From NCBI GenBank assembly GCA_022448345.1, contig JAKVCB010000006.1, positions 11,083-75,082 on the forward strand: a stretch of DNA of 64,000 nt. The letters are read 5' to 3'. Below, piece after piece: positions 19,647-29,272 of the stretch. Position 1 is the first letter of the stretch. Each line of letters begins with the position of its first letter. The DNA is from Pirellulales bacterium. GTDB lineage: Bacteria > Planctomycetota > Planctomycetia > Pirellulales > Lacipirellulaceae. Under the pieces are notes generated by a model. The model was given only the letters and a program-made list of their open reading frames with translations. It was not told the DNA's origin and did not search any database. The translations under genes and the position numbers were made by a program.

Positions 19647-20081
19647 TCAGTCGCTGAATTGTACGAATTCAAGTCGTGTACCGCGTGACTTATCGGGTGG
19701 CACAATGTAGAAGCGATTTCCATACTTTGACTGCAGGAATTTTTCGTGGAGTTGCTCTCCCGTGAGATCTGCTGGTGCTGCGTTGTGGCTGATCAAATGT
19801 TCGCCGAAGGATTCGACGTCGGCACAATTAAAGCCGATCTCGAACAAAGCTCCTTCACCTTGCTGCGCAAGTTGTTCTACTCCAGGTCCTTCGGTTGGTT
19901 CAATAAGCTGTAGCGCCGTGCTTCCGTTACCTATGGGAAGCAGAACACTGCGCCAACGCAAGCCTGGTTTTTCAACATCGATCGGGTCTCGGTACTCACA
20001 ACCCAGCAACTCGACGTAATGGCTGATTGCCGATTCGATGTCGGAAGTGAGAATCGCAACGTGGTGAATCTGGTTGATCAT
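19647..20081 (-). CDS. VOC (glyoxalase/bleomycin resistance/dioxygenase) family protein, methylmalonyl-CoA-epimerase-like
   Basis: MINQIHHVAILTSDIESAISHY, plus a second beta-alpha-beta-beta-beta half ending in RLEFVQF. Confidence 0.7.
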   Translation of the reverse strand: MINQIHHVAILTSDIESAISHYVELLGCEYRDPIDVEKPGLRWRSVLLPIGNGSTALQLIEPTEGPGVEQLAQQGEGALFEIGFNCADVESFGEHLISHNAAPADLTGEQLHEKFLQSKYGNRFYIVPPDKSRGTRLEFVQFSD

Positions 20082-20116
20082 GAGAGGGCAGCTTTCCAGG
20101 GTCTTTTGTCAGAAGG

Positions 20117-21028
20117 TTAAGCGTTGTCAGTTTGGGAGAGTTGTTTTTCAAAATCGAGAAACTCGGAAAACCGCACGATTTCGCGAAACTCACCGACAGG
20201 CATAATCTGATCAGCGACGGCGCGGGTTGTCCCTTTTTCCTGGAGTTCTCGCATGACGCGGGTCATGGCGGCAGTTGCCGTGAGGATGAGCGTGATCGGA
20301 TACGTAATCAAATTAAATCCCATCTGGTAAAGTTCATCGGTGGTCAGTAACGGCCGACCAACGTTTTCGGTCATGTTCGCCACAAGGTGCGCATGGGGGC
20401 CAATTCTTTTGGCGATCGCTTTGAGCTCCTCGAGGACCGATTCGTCATATCCGAGGTCGACCCAGACCAGGTCGGCCCCCTCCTGGGCATAAAGTTCGCC
20501 ACGCTTCAGCCCTTCTTCAAAATCTATTGCCAAGCTGGCGTGAGTTCGTGCAATGATTACGAAATCGGGATCCTGCTGGTCACATATCCGGCGTGCTGTA
20601 TGTAGCTTGGAAACCATTTCTTCTGCCGGCACGACACCACCACCACCAAGTGACGGACAACGTTTTGGCAGCTGCTGGTCTTCCATGTACATTCCCGCCA
20701 GTCGTGCCTGGATTGCTTCGGAAGTGGTTCTGGCAACGTTCAGCGATTTCCCAAAGCCATCGTCGACATCGGCAATGACAGGAATTTCGACCGCTTCCGC
20801 CATATGGCGGGCGGCCTGAATCATTTCGGTTTGAGTAATCGTACCAACATCGGGAAGTCCCAACAGGCTGGCGGCCGTGTTGAAACCGCCATGCATGACG
20901 GCAGGGAACCCGGCGAGTTCAACGACTCGTGCCGACACACAATCGTAGGCACATGGAACGACGACGGGGCTTGCGGCATCGAGCGATTGGCGAAGGAGGG
21001 TGGATTTGCGTTGGGGAGAGTTCATCAT
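20117..21028 (-). CDS. Isocitrate lyase / PEP mutase superfamily enzyme with a non-canonical active-site loop
   Basis: IPVIADVDDGFG (metal site) and MEDQQLPKRCPSLGGG, which aligns to the EDQ..KRCGH lid of methylisocitrate-lyase-type enzymes. Confidence 0.8.
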   Translation of the reverse strand: MMNSPQRKSTLLRQSLDAASPVVVPCAYDCVSARVVELAGFPAVMHGGFNTAASLLGLPDVGTITQTEMIQAARHMAEAVEIPVIADVDDGFGKSLNVARTTSEAIQARLAGMYMEDQQLPKRCPSLGGGGVVPAEEMVSKLHTARRICDQQDPDFVIIARTHASLAIDFEEGLKRGELYAQEGADLVWVDLGYDESVLEELKAIAKRIGPHAHLVANMTENVGRPLLTTDELYQMGFNLITYPITLILTATAAMTRVMRELQEKGTTRAVADQIMPVGEFREIVRFSEFLDFEKQLSQTDNA

Positions 21029-21426
21029 CGAATCTTGTTCCAGTTTTTGGTGAACTCTTGATAGGCTCCAACTTCTCCAAATACTGAGGGAGAATCGACA
21101 AAGTAAAGAATCAGGTCTTCATCACCGATATTTTCAGCCCGGTGTCGTGTTCCAGGTGCAATGTAGACTGAGCCACCTTCATCGACGTCGTAGGTTTCGT
21201 CGTCAAGGTAAAACCGGGCCCGACCCCGGTGTACGAAATAGATTTCTTCACCTTCGTGCACGCTAAGTTTGATTTGTTTTTTTCCCACAGGCATACGAAC
21301 ACTTCCGGCAGCCATACCTTGGGTGGGAGTGATATCCCGTTCGTGAAGGATGCCCATTTCTCGGTCTTCGCCATCGTCAGGGATGTGCCAGGCCATTTCT
21401 TCGCCAATTCGATTCACAGGTCCCAT
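21025..21426 (-). CDS. Cupin domain protein
   Basis: GEEIYFVHRGRARF ... YIAPGTRHRAEN resembles the two cupin motifs. Its stop overlaps the downstream start by 4 nt. Confidence 0.65.
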   Translation of the reverse strand: MGPVNRIGEEMAWHIPDDGEDREMGILHERDITPTQGMAAGSVRMPVGKKQIKLSVHEGEEIYFVHRGRARFYLDDETYDVDEGGSVYIAPGTRHRAENIGDEDLILYFVDSPSVFGEVGAYQEFTKNWNKIR

Positions 21427-22016
21427 TTGTCATGCTCCTATTTCCGTGCGGTACTTTTGTGGATTGTAATTGTCGTGAGTCGGGTGCGCCGCGAACGGCC
21501 AAGGGGGCAATCAATCTCCCCTGCCGAGACGTCAAATCATGCTCATTTTCCCATCACCTGAAAATGGTGACCGTTGATGGTCGATGAGTACGCCCCCGAG
21601 TCCGTTGTCAAGACAAGGATTGTTATTGAAGGGTAACTTGAAAGTCTCGGACATTATAGATTAACTTGATGCCGCTCCACAATTGGCACGACCAGCATTT
21701 ACCTGGCGAGTGTCTTTGCGGGGTGGTGCAACAGAATTGAAGCGAGTGTGAACCAGAGCGGCGCACTGCACCGTTGATTCCAGTGATCGGAAAGCCAGTG
21801 GTTCACCAGGCCAGAACGGTAGGAAATGTAAGAGTTGCGTCGAGTCGGCGCCTAAAGCTTTATTTTTGAAACCCAGTCCCGGAACTCGACGTCGACGAAG
21901 TAAAGGTTGAGGTCTTCCGGGAGAAACCAGCATTGGTGCTCGAATTCAGATTGCTCTATAGTCGCTCAGGACAGCTAACAGCGTTTTCGGTGTGTCTGAC
22001 AGGAGGCTTGATATTC

Positions 22017-22808
22017 ATGGCTAATCGCCTGCAAAATAAGTCGGTTTTGATTACGGGGGGTGGTAGTGGTATTGGAAAAAGTATCGCTATGACATTTGCC
22101 CAGGAAGGGGCCAGGGTTGCAATTTGTGGTCGTACTGCCAGTACGCTCCAAAAGACAGGCAGAGAAATCAGGGCGTTAGGAGGGGAGGTGTTGGAACTGG
22201 TGTGCGACGTGGCCCAGCGCGACCAGGTGGAGCAAATGGCTACACGTCTCCGCGATCATTTTGGCCGGTTGGATGTGCTGGTGAACAATGCGGGTGTTCG
22301 TGCGAGTATTGGAACGATTGAAGATTTGACCGAGCAGGAGTGGCAACAGACATTCGATATCGATGCCAAGGGAAGCTGGCTCTGTGCCAGGCACTTGCTT
22401 CCTCTCATGCGTGAGGCTGGGGGTGGATCGATCATCATGATTTCATCCGTTTCGGCCCATGTTGGGCAACCTCGGCAGGGTTGCTACAACGCGGCCAAGG
22501 CAGCCCAGGAATCGCTCATGCAATGCATGGCACTCGACTTTGCCAAGGACAACATTCGCGTAAATTCGATTTGTCCTGCATGGGTTCGTACGGAAATGAA
22601 TCGCGCACAACTGGCCGAGATGGAAGCGAGTCCGGACCAGGAGTTTCCTCCAGGAGTCAGCTACCGAGATCTTGAGCGGTTGCATCCAATCGGACGGATT
22701 GGCGAACCGGAAGATGTTGCGTGGGCAGCGGTTTACCTTGCAGCGGACGAGTCTGGTTGGGTCACCGGATCATCGCTGATGGTCGATGGCGGTTATAGTT
22801 GCCAGTAG
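22017..22808 (+). CDS. SDR family oxidoreductase (second copy in the island)
   Basis: VLITGGGSGIGKS, NNAG, and YNAAKAA (YxxxK). An AGGAGG sits 10 nt upstream of the ATG at 22017. Confidence 0.85.
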   Translation: MANRLQNKSVLITGGGSGIGKSIAMTFAQEGARVAICGRTASTLQKTGREIRALGGEVLELVCDVAQRDQVEQMATRLRDHFGRLDVLVNNAGVRASIGTIEDLTEQEWQQTFDIDAKGSWLCARHLLPLMREAGGGSIIMISSVSAHVGQPRQGCYNAAKAAQESLMQCMALDFAKDNIRVNSICPAWVRTEMNRAQLAEMEASPDQEFPPGVSYRDLERLHPIGRIGEPEDVAWAAVYLAADESGWVTGSSLMVDGGYSCQ

Positions 22809-22841
22809 AGAGACGTCCCTGTTGTTGGATGACAACTCTGG

Positions 22842-23282
22842 TTACGTATTGTCCAGTTGCGACCGGTCCACACCGTCGTGGTTCTCTTCCCAGTCTTCAA
22901 GAATTTCCATCACCTCGGTGCGAATACCACCGGGGGCCTCAAAGAAGGCGATCTTGCGTCGGCCCAGAGCGGTTTCGATTTCCTGGGGTTGCATCAAAAA
23001 CTCGACGCCGGCCTCACGTAAACGTGCGACATGTTCCTCGTGATTGTCGACTTCGTAGACGACATGCAGGAATCCTGGTGGCAAGTCCCAGCCATACTCT
23101 TCTTCGTACGGCGCCTTGTCAAAAATGAGGACGCGAGTTTCACCCATGCGAATGAGGTTGTAGTTGCAACCGAACACCACACCTTGCAGACGCACTTCCG
23201 CACCCATTTGCTCGACGTAGAAATTTGTAGTTTCCTCAAGATCGTGCGCCTTAACGGCATAGTTCCACATTCCGACGAGCAT
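22842..23282 (-). CDS. VOC/glyoxalase family protein (second copy)
   Basis: 146 aa. NYAVKAHDLEETTNFYVEQMGAE ... HVVYEVDNHEEHVARLREAGVEF fits the paired VOC module pattern. Confidence 0.65.
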   Translation of the reverse strand: MLVGMWNYAVKAHDLEETTNFYVEQMGAEVRLQGVVFGCNYNLIRMGETRVLIFDKAPYEEEYGWDLPPGFLHVVYEVDNHEEHVARLREAGVEFLMQPQEIETALGRRKIAFFEAPGGIRTEVMEILEDWEENHDGVDRSQLDNT

Positions 23283-23682
23283 AGTTATTTCTACCTGGTG
23301 CAGTAAGCCAATGAATTGTCACTCAAGGGAGTCTCAGTCTAGGAGGACTCCTGTTCTCTGGCAAGCATGAGTATTTTCTGGAGAGCAATTTCAGCAGTCG
23401 GTAAAACCCGGTGTTTTGGTAATCATTCTGTATTGCTTGAGGCGTTATCTTGTGGTGACGTAAAGGGCTGCCCGTTTTTTCCGGGGCGTCCAGGAGTACT
23501 AAAGCTATCCAGGCAGTTTGGTACGGTGCGGTTGTCGAGGCGATGATGGAGTAGCCGCTTGGATGATTGCTGAGGTTCCCTTGATGCGGTAGGTTTAACA
23601 CCCCTGCGTTGAATATTTACTCCTCTTCATCTCCGAATTGTCGAATTTCCGAAAGTGTTTTGATTTCTGAAGGTGTTTTGCG

Positions 23683-24573
23683 ATGAAACCAACAACTGCA
23701 TTACGAGAGAAGATGACGTCGGGGAAAACGGTGACATCGATTGGTGCAATCGACGCCTTTTCGGCACGGCTGGTGGAGCAGGTCGGATTCGATTCGGTTT
23801 ACATTGGGAGCTTTGCAACCGAGGCTTCAATGTTTGGCAAGCCAGACCTGGCGATGATGTCGAAGAATGACCGTTTGGCAACTGCACGCAACATTGCGAA
23901 GGCGGTAAAGATTCCCGTGATCTGCGATGCTGAAGAAGGTTGGGGGACAGCGATTAACGTGATGGAAGCTGTACGTGACTTGGAAGCGACCGGAGTGGCA
24001 GGGCTTCACCTGGACGATGAACAGCTCCCATCAAAGTGCCCTTTTCTTCCAGGAATTCCTCGAAATCAACTCATCTCTACTGACGAGATGTGTGGCAAGA
24101 TCGAGGCAGCCGTTGAGGCACGGGAAGATCCCGATTTCATGGTGATTGCCCGCACGGATGTGATTGGAACCGTACCCCTGGAGGAGTACTATCAGAAAAA
24201 CAAGATGGAGGAAGTTGTCGAGCGGCTGAATGCTTATTTAGCGGCAGGTGCCAGTGCGGCCTTTATCATGGCACTCACTGAAGAGGAAGTCCAGTTTTAC
24301 CGAGACAGAATCGATGGGCCGTTGGTCGGGATCTTTGCCACCATTGAGCCTCTCCCAATTTCAGTTTTTGAAAAGGCCAATTATCAAATGGTGATTGGAT
24401 CATTGGTCGGTATCTATGCAGCCGCCAAAGGATTGTTGGATGCCTACACCAAGTTGAAAGAGACCGGGGACTGGAATCAGATTCAAGACAAGCTGATTAA
24501 CGATGAACAGTTTTTTGATATTGTCGGGCTCAAGGAGTACGGCGAGTACTACAAGAAGTTTCGGATTTGCTAA
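23683..24573 (+). CDS. Isocitrate lyase / PEP mutase superfamily enzyme (second, more divergent copy)
   Basis: IPVICDAEEGWG and HLDDEQLPSKCPFLPG sit at the positions of the metal site and catalytic lid; DPDFMVIARTD is also present. Confidence 0.75.
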   Translation: MKPTTALREKMTSGKTVTSIGAIDAFSARLVEQVGFDSVYIGSFATEASMFGKPDLAMMSKNDRLATARNIAKAVKIPVICDAEEGWGTAINVMEAVRDLEATGVAGLHLDDEQLPSKCPFLPGIPRNQLISTDEMCGKIEAAVEAREDPDFMVIARTDVIGTVPLEEYYQKNKMEEVVERLNAYLAAGASAAFIMALTEEEVQFYRDRIDGPLVGIFATIEPLPISVFEKANYQMVIGSLVGIYAAAKGLLDAYTKLKETGDWNQIQDKLINDEQFFDIVGLKEYGEYYKKFRIC

Positions 24574-25763
24574 AGATGCTACGCGTTGGTGTTATCGGAC
24601 TGGGTGCAATAAGCCACGAAAATGTGCTTGGGTATTTGGATTCTCCGGACGCCCAAATCGTCGCGGTCTGTAATCGCAATCGCGAAACGGGTCTGTCCTG
24701 GCTCCATCAGTACAGCCTGACCGAGGCGGAACACTTTACCGATTATCGGGAGATGTTCAGCAAGGCCAGGCTTGATCTGGTAGAAATTCTCACGCCCCAC
24801 CATCTCCACCACGAGCAAGCGATTGCTGCGGCCGAGGCGGGTGTGCGGGGCATTAGTTTGCAAAAACCGATGGCCAACTCCCTGGTTGAGTGTGACCAGA
24901 TCATTGCTGCTTGTGCCAAGCACGATGCTGTACTGAAGGTCTACGACAATTTTGTCTTTTACCCAGTCTACGTCAAAGCAAAGCAACTCATCGACGAGGG
25001 TTTGATTGGTGAGTTGATGTCGATTCGTGTGAACACGATGGCTGGATTGGCTGAGGGCGCGGCGTGGCCTTGGTGTTTTCAGGCCGATAGCTGGCGGGCA
25101 GACCTGAAGACCGGAGGCACTGGCCCTTTAGTCGGCGACGATGGCTTCCACAAGTTTTCGCTTGCGCGGTGGTTTATGGAGAGCGACTTGGAAAAGATCG
25201 GCGCATGGATTGATGCCGAAACTCCGTTGGATGCGCCTGCATTCATTCGAGGCAAGTTTAAAACACCGCCTGGGAAAGGTCCGAAATACGCGCAAATCGA
25301 CTTTTCCTTTTCACCTCGGATGGCCTTGCCTTGCGACTTCTGGCTGGAAGATTTTGTGGAGATTGTTGGTGAGCGAGGGATCATGTGGGTTAACCTCTGT
25401 TCGGCAGCTGGTGACCGAAAAATGTTTGCCGGGAACCAAATGTCCGAGAGCGCCGTTTTTCCACCGATTGCCGTGTTTGTTGAGGGCAAGGTTACTAGCT
25501 ACCTCCAAGACATCTCGCCGGCTGAACGAAATTGGTCCACTTCGTTCGTGGCCAGCACGAAACACTTTATTCAAGTGCTCCAGCAGGGTGGTGAACCTGT
25601 TTACACAGGAGAAGAAGGAAAAGAGATCACCCGTTACGCCATGGCAGCGTTTATCTCAGCCCAAAAGAGGCGGGATGTGATGCTTGATGAGATTACAAGT
25701 GAAGCAGAACAAGCGGGATCGCTGAAGATCGAGTCGAATTTTTGCAACTTGCCTCGATCGTAG
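24567..25763 (+). CDS. Gfo/Idh/MocA family oxidoreductase (cytoplasmic)
   Basis: LRVGVIGLGAIS Rossmann start and LQKPMA (EKP-like motif). It overlaps the upstream gene by 7 nt. Confidence 0.8.
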   Translation: MLKMLRVGVIGLGAISHENVLGYLDSPDAQIVAVCNRNRETGLSWLHQYSLTEAEHFTDYREMFSKARLDLVEILTPHHLHHEQAIAAAEAGVRGISLQKPMANSLVECDQIIAACAKHDAVLKVYDNFVFYPVYVKAKQLIDEGLIGELMSIRVNTMAGLAEGAAWPWCFQADSWRADLKTGGTGPLVGDDGFHKFSLARWFMESDLEKIGAWIDAETPLDAPAFIRGKFKTPPGKGPKYAQIDFSFSPRMALPCDFWLEDFVEIVGERGIMWVNLCSAAGDRKMFAGNQMSESAVFPPIAVFVEGKVTSYLQDISPAERNWSTSFVASTKHFIQVLQQGGEPVYTGEEGKEITRYAMAAFISAQKRRDVMLDEITSEAEQAGSLKIESNFCNLPRS

Positions 25764-25956
25764 GGATGGCGGTCGCGTTAGTTGACAAAACGCCACCGCA
25801 GAATGCCAAACCTGGTTGGGTGTTTTTCTGTGCAGTGTCGTTCTGGCACGTTTGTTCGGTGTGCCTGTTGTCATCGCGGACGTAGAGCCCGAAGCCGATG
25901 TTTTGTTACGACCTATTTGCCGACGGTTCGGTTTTGTGCGACCGCTGGTGGTTGTC

Positions 25957-26613
25957 TTAATCCAAAGCCGCAAACTGACCGTCTCGAAGATTTAGCAGGC
26001 GATCGGCAATCGGGGTCGAATCGGTCCGATGGCTGACGATGATGACACTGCCCCCCTGGTCACGAAACTCACTCAACACCCGGTAGACCTCTTGGCTATT
26101 TTCTTCATCCAGGTTGCCGGTTGGTTCGTCAGCCAGGATGACGCGTGGCTGGTTGACCAGGGCTCTCGCAATTGCTACCCGCTGTTGTTCTCCGGTGCTC
26201 AGGGCAGCCGGTTTGTGATTCAGGCGATGATCAAGCCGGAGTCTTGTCAGGAGCGTTGTGAAGTCGGACTGTTGAACTTGCCGATTGCGTACTGCAACGG
26301 CTACGTTGTCCAAAACATTCAAATAGGGAATGAGGTGGAAGTTCTGAAATATGAATCCGAGCTTGGTATTGCGAAAGTTGCTCTGCTGGGGGGCCGACAT
26401 TGCATAAATGTCTGTGCCTTCAAAAAGAACGCGACCCTCGTCAGGTTGCAGCATGTTCCCCAGGGTGAGCATCAGGGTTGTCTTGCCACATCCACTTGGG
26501 CCAGAGACCACCACGCATTCTCCCTTGCCAAGTTCCAGCGACACGTCACGGAGTACCGATACCTGGCCGCGTGACGTGCGATACGTTTTGGAAACCTGCT
26601 CGCATGAAAGCAT
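25957..26613 (-). CDS. ABC transporter ATP-binding protein (LolD/MacB-like)
   Basis: Walker [10 protein letters not shown], signature [15 protein letters not shown], and Walker [12 protein letters not shown]. Confidence 0.9.
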   Translation of the reverse strand: MLSCEQVSKTYRTSRGQVSVLRDVSLELGKGECVVVSGPSGCGKTTLMLTLGNMLQPDEGRVLFEGTDIYAMSAPQQSNFRNTKLGFIFQNFHLIPYLNVLDNVAVAVRNRQVQQSDFTTLLTRLRLDHRLNHKPAALSTGEQQRVAIARALVNQPRVILADEPTGNLDEENSQEVYRVLSEFRDQGGSVIIVSHRTDSTPIADRLLNLRDGQFAALD

Positions 26614-26619
26614 GGTAGC

Positions 26620-27765
26620 TTATTCCTCCCTGAGAACGACGGCTGGATCTTGCACCAGTGCCAGCGATGCAGCGAGGCACGATGCGACACAAGCGATAAC
26701 CGGGGCCGCCACCAACGTAAAGAGCATGGCATTGGTTTCAAATTGGAATTTGCCTCCGGTCACAGGAAAGATCTCTGCGACGCGACTGGTCACGTACCAA
26801 CTTCCAAGCAGGCAACCTATGGCACCACCTGCCAGTCCCAACAAAAATGCCTTGCCGAGAATCAAGCTGGCAATTGTGCTTGCCGGGTGCCCCAGCGCCC
26901 GCAGGACACCAATCTCCAACTTTCGTTGACGTACGTTGATCCACGCGAACACGGCGACCCACACGGCTGCAGCCACGATGATTGCCGGTACCGCCGTTTG
27001 TGCCAGGCTATCCATCATGCGACGTTGGCGGGCACGGGCGGTGGCAATCTTACTGAGCAAGGCAACCTGCGCTTCCGGAGCGACCTTGGAAACCTCGGCC
27101 CGCAACAATTCTCCCGGGTTTTCATCGGGGGCGAGGCAGAGGCAGTCAATAGCCTGAATTTCATTAATTTGCCCGGCTTTACCTAAGATTTTTTGCGCAT
27201 CTCCCAGTTGAACCCACACCCGCAAGTCCTCCAGGGAACCTGTCTGGGGAGCAACGCGCACGACTTCAAACGGGAGTTCAGCGAGCAGAAGTGTCTCCCC
27301 CTTTTTGAGACCCAGGCGCTCGGCGAGTCGATGTCCAAGATGGGCAGTACCTTCCTTGATAGTTGGACTCATGGGGGGTTTTTTCTTTCCCGACGGAAAC
27401 ATGGTGGGCGAGAGTCCTGTCAGTAGCGCAGGTTTACCATCCAGGTTGATTTCGCCTTGGAGTGTGGCGACCAGGTGGTTGTAGGCTACCGTTTTGTGCT
27501 GGGCCAGGCGTTGGATAATTTCCTCGGGCATGGTTTCGGTAGAGTACCCCTGAATGAGAAACCGTTCCGGGTCTGCTTCGCGGGGAATGATTCGCATGTT
27601 GAAACCAATGTCGCGCTGCACCCGCCGCGTTTCCCGCTGGGCAGCCCCGTGCAGTGCCGAAATGCCCTGGCAGGCTGCCACAGCAAGGGCAACCCCTAAG
27701 GCACCCAGCAAAAAACCGGGCCAGCGGTGCGCAATTTCTTTGAGAATCAGGCTGATAGTTCGCAT
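26620..27765 (-). CDS. ABC transporter permease, FtsX-like
   Basis: An N-terminal TM helix, an extracytoplasmic domain, and a C-terminal FtsX module (RKLEIGVLRALGHPASTIASLILGKAF). Confidence 0.8.
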   Translation of the reverse strand: MRTISLILKEIAHRWPGFLLGALGVALAVAACQGISALHGAAQRETRRVQRDIGFNMRIIPREADPERFLIQGYSTETMPEEIIQRLAQHKTVAYNHLVATLQGEINLDGKPALLTGLSPTMFPSGKKKPPMSPTIKEGTAHLGHRLAERLGLKKGETLLLAELPFEVVRVAPQTGSLEDLRVWVQLGDAQKILGKAGQINEIQAIDCLCLAPDENPGELLRAEVSKVAPEAQVALLSKIATARARQRRMMDSLAQTAVPAIIVAAAVWVAVFAWINVRQRKLEIGVLRALGHPASTIASLILGKAFLLGLAGGAIGCLLGSWYVTSRVAEIFPVTGGKFQFETNAMLFTLVAAPVIACVASCLAASLALVQDPAVVLREE

Positions 27766-27777
27766 TGGATGGCGCGA

Positions 27778-29115
27778 TTAACGGGTTGTACTCCTGAGAA
27801 TCATCACACTACCGAGGATCGCAACCACTGCAACTATCACGACGGCAAACCAGATGCCATTTTGCAACGAGGGCGTGGCGATGGTTTCGTTCTCATCATC
27901 AAGGCTGTGGGTTTGCGGGGTCGCTGGCGGTGATTCGGTCGCAGGGCTTGCGACTGGTGGCTCGGGAGGTGTGGTGGTGGTCATTGTAATGGTGGTTCCA
28001 CGGGTCTCGGCTGCCGGGCCGGCTTCCGAGGAGTGGTCGCTGAGGTCTTCCGTATCAGGAGTCGACACCAGGTCATCGGGAAACGAAATTTCCTCGTACC
28101 CCAGGGCAGGATCCGTTTGGGCCTCTAGAATTGATCTTCCGTTTCCGGGCCCGCGGGTCAAGATGTGCCGGACTTCCGATTGCACCAGGGGGTTGCCAGG
28201 ATCGAAGTCCAGCAGCCTGACGACTTCTGTTTCGTGGTCGGTGGTCCAGCGATGAGGGATCATCGGTCCGACAAGAGGGGAGACGTCGTATTCACATTCA
28301 CAGTCCATGCTCACAACGCTAAGCAACTGGAAGAGTTTGTCCTCACCCACCTCGTTGGCCGTGAGTACCGATCCCAGTTTCCGACCGCGTCCAAAGAGTA
28401 CGACCACCTGGGGGTCGGAGGCCTCGGCATCAACTTCCAGGCACCACAATAGGAGTCGTTCTTCGTTTTTCTCGCTTTGGGAAAGCGAAACTATTTCGGG
28501 TGGGTGATCGATTGGTTTTGGCCAGAACTCACTGGCCTTTTGAGTCTCCTCAAGAGTTTGTTCGATCAAGTCACGTACCGCCTCATTTTCTGCCTCATCA
28601 AGGCCTTCGATGAGTAACACGATGCTGTGACAATTGAGCGTCCGATCGATTAGTTCCCGTTGCAAGGGCGAGTCAACAAGCTTGGCAACCATCGCTAGAG
28701 AATCGACATCTGCCGGGCAGGGCAGGCTCAGTTCGCGCCCATCGGGGGCGGTGATGGTGAGCTGCACCGCTGGATTTGTTTCGCTTGCGGGTAGCTGGTT
28801 TGTGCCACTTGGGGTTTCCTGTTTGGCCATATTTTGGGCAAACAGCAGGTTGGTATCACGCAAGGCCTCGCGCAGTGAATCGGAAGGTTTTAACTTTTCT
28901 GCACCTGGCTCAGAGAGCAGGTTTTCTGGTGTCGAAACGGGGCCACTCCAGGAGAACTCGTAGTTGGATACCCCCAGGTCAACGAATCCCGTATCACGGA
29001 CGTTGTAGCGACAAGCCATTGCCGGTTGCATCGCAGAAAGTCCCCATCCCACAAAGAGCCAGGCAATAACAACCAGTTTGCGCACGGCCGGAAATCTCCG
29101 ATAATCAAAGTCCAA
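27778..29115 (-). CDS. Hypothetical exported protein with a Thr/Pro-rich stalk and C-terminal TM anchor; first gene of the ABC/FtsX operon
   Basis: Signal-like LVVIAWLFVGWGLSAMQPAMA|C, the stalk TTITMTTTTPPEPPVASPATESPPATPQT, and the anchor IWFAVVIVAVVAILGSVMIL. I recognise no family. Confidence 0.5.
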   Translation of the reverse strand: MDFDYRRFPAVRKLVVIAWLFVGWGLSAMQPAMACRYNVRDTGFVDLGVSNYEFSWSGPVSTPENLLSEPGAEKLKPSDSLREALRDTNLLFAQNMAKQETPSGTNQLPASETNPAVQLTITAPDGRELSLPCPADVDSLAMVAKLVDSPLQRELIDRTLNCHSIVLLIEGLDEAENEAVRDLIEQTLEETQKASEFWPKPIDHPPEIVSLSQSEKNEERLLLWCLEVDAEASDPQVVVLFGRGRKLGSVLTANEVGEDKLFQLLSVVSMDCECEYDVSPLVGPMIPHRWTTDHETEVVRLLDFDPGNPLVQSEVRHILTRGPGNGRSILEAQTDPALGYEEISFPDDLVSTPDTEDLSDHSSEAGPAAETRGTTITMTTTTPPEPPVASPATESPPATPQTHSLDDENETIATPSLQNGIWFAVVIVAVVAILGSVMILRSTTR

Positions 29116-29272
29116 AAGGAATCTAAAAAAGGTTTAAAATAGATGCTGGTGTTGTGACATCCGGATGTCCATCCGGAACATCGCCGGGTAGGAGCAAACT
29201 TGCGCACCGGGTACGATGGAGTATACACCATTGTGAAGTACAAGAGCGAGAGTTATCTTCCCACCGTTTTTC

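Noticed and set aside
21605-21616. Inverted repeat TTGTC-aa-GACAA in the divergent promoter region of the catabolic island, considered as an operator
   Set aside because: The arms are only 5 bp, no second copy was found in the other promoter regions of the island, and no regulator gene is nearby.
21661-21933. 90-aa minus-strand ORF in the 590-bp divergent intergenic region, where I looked for a missing regulator
   Set aside because: The translation is Arg/Pro-rich (RRRRVPGLG), there is no helix-turn-helix pattern, and the start context is poor. The region more likely holds two divergent promoters.
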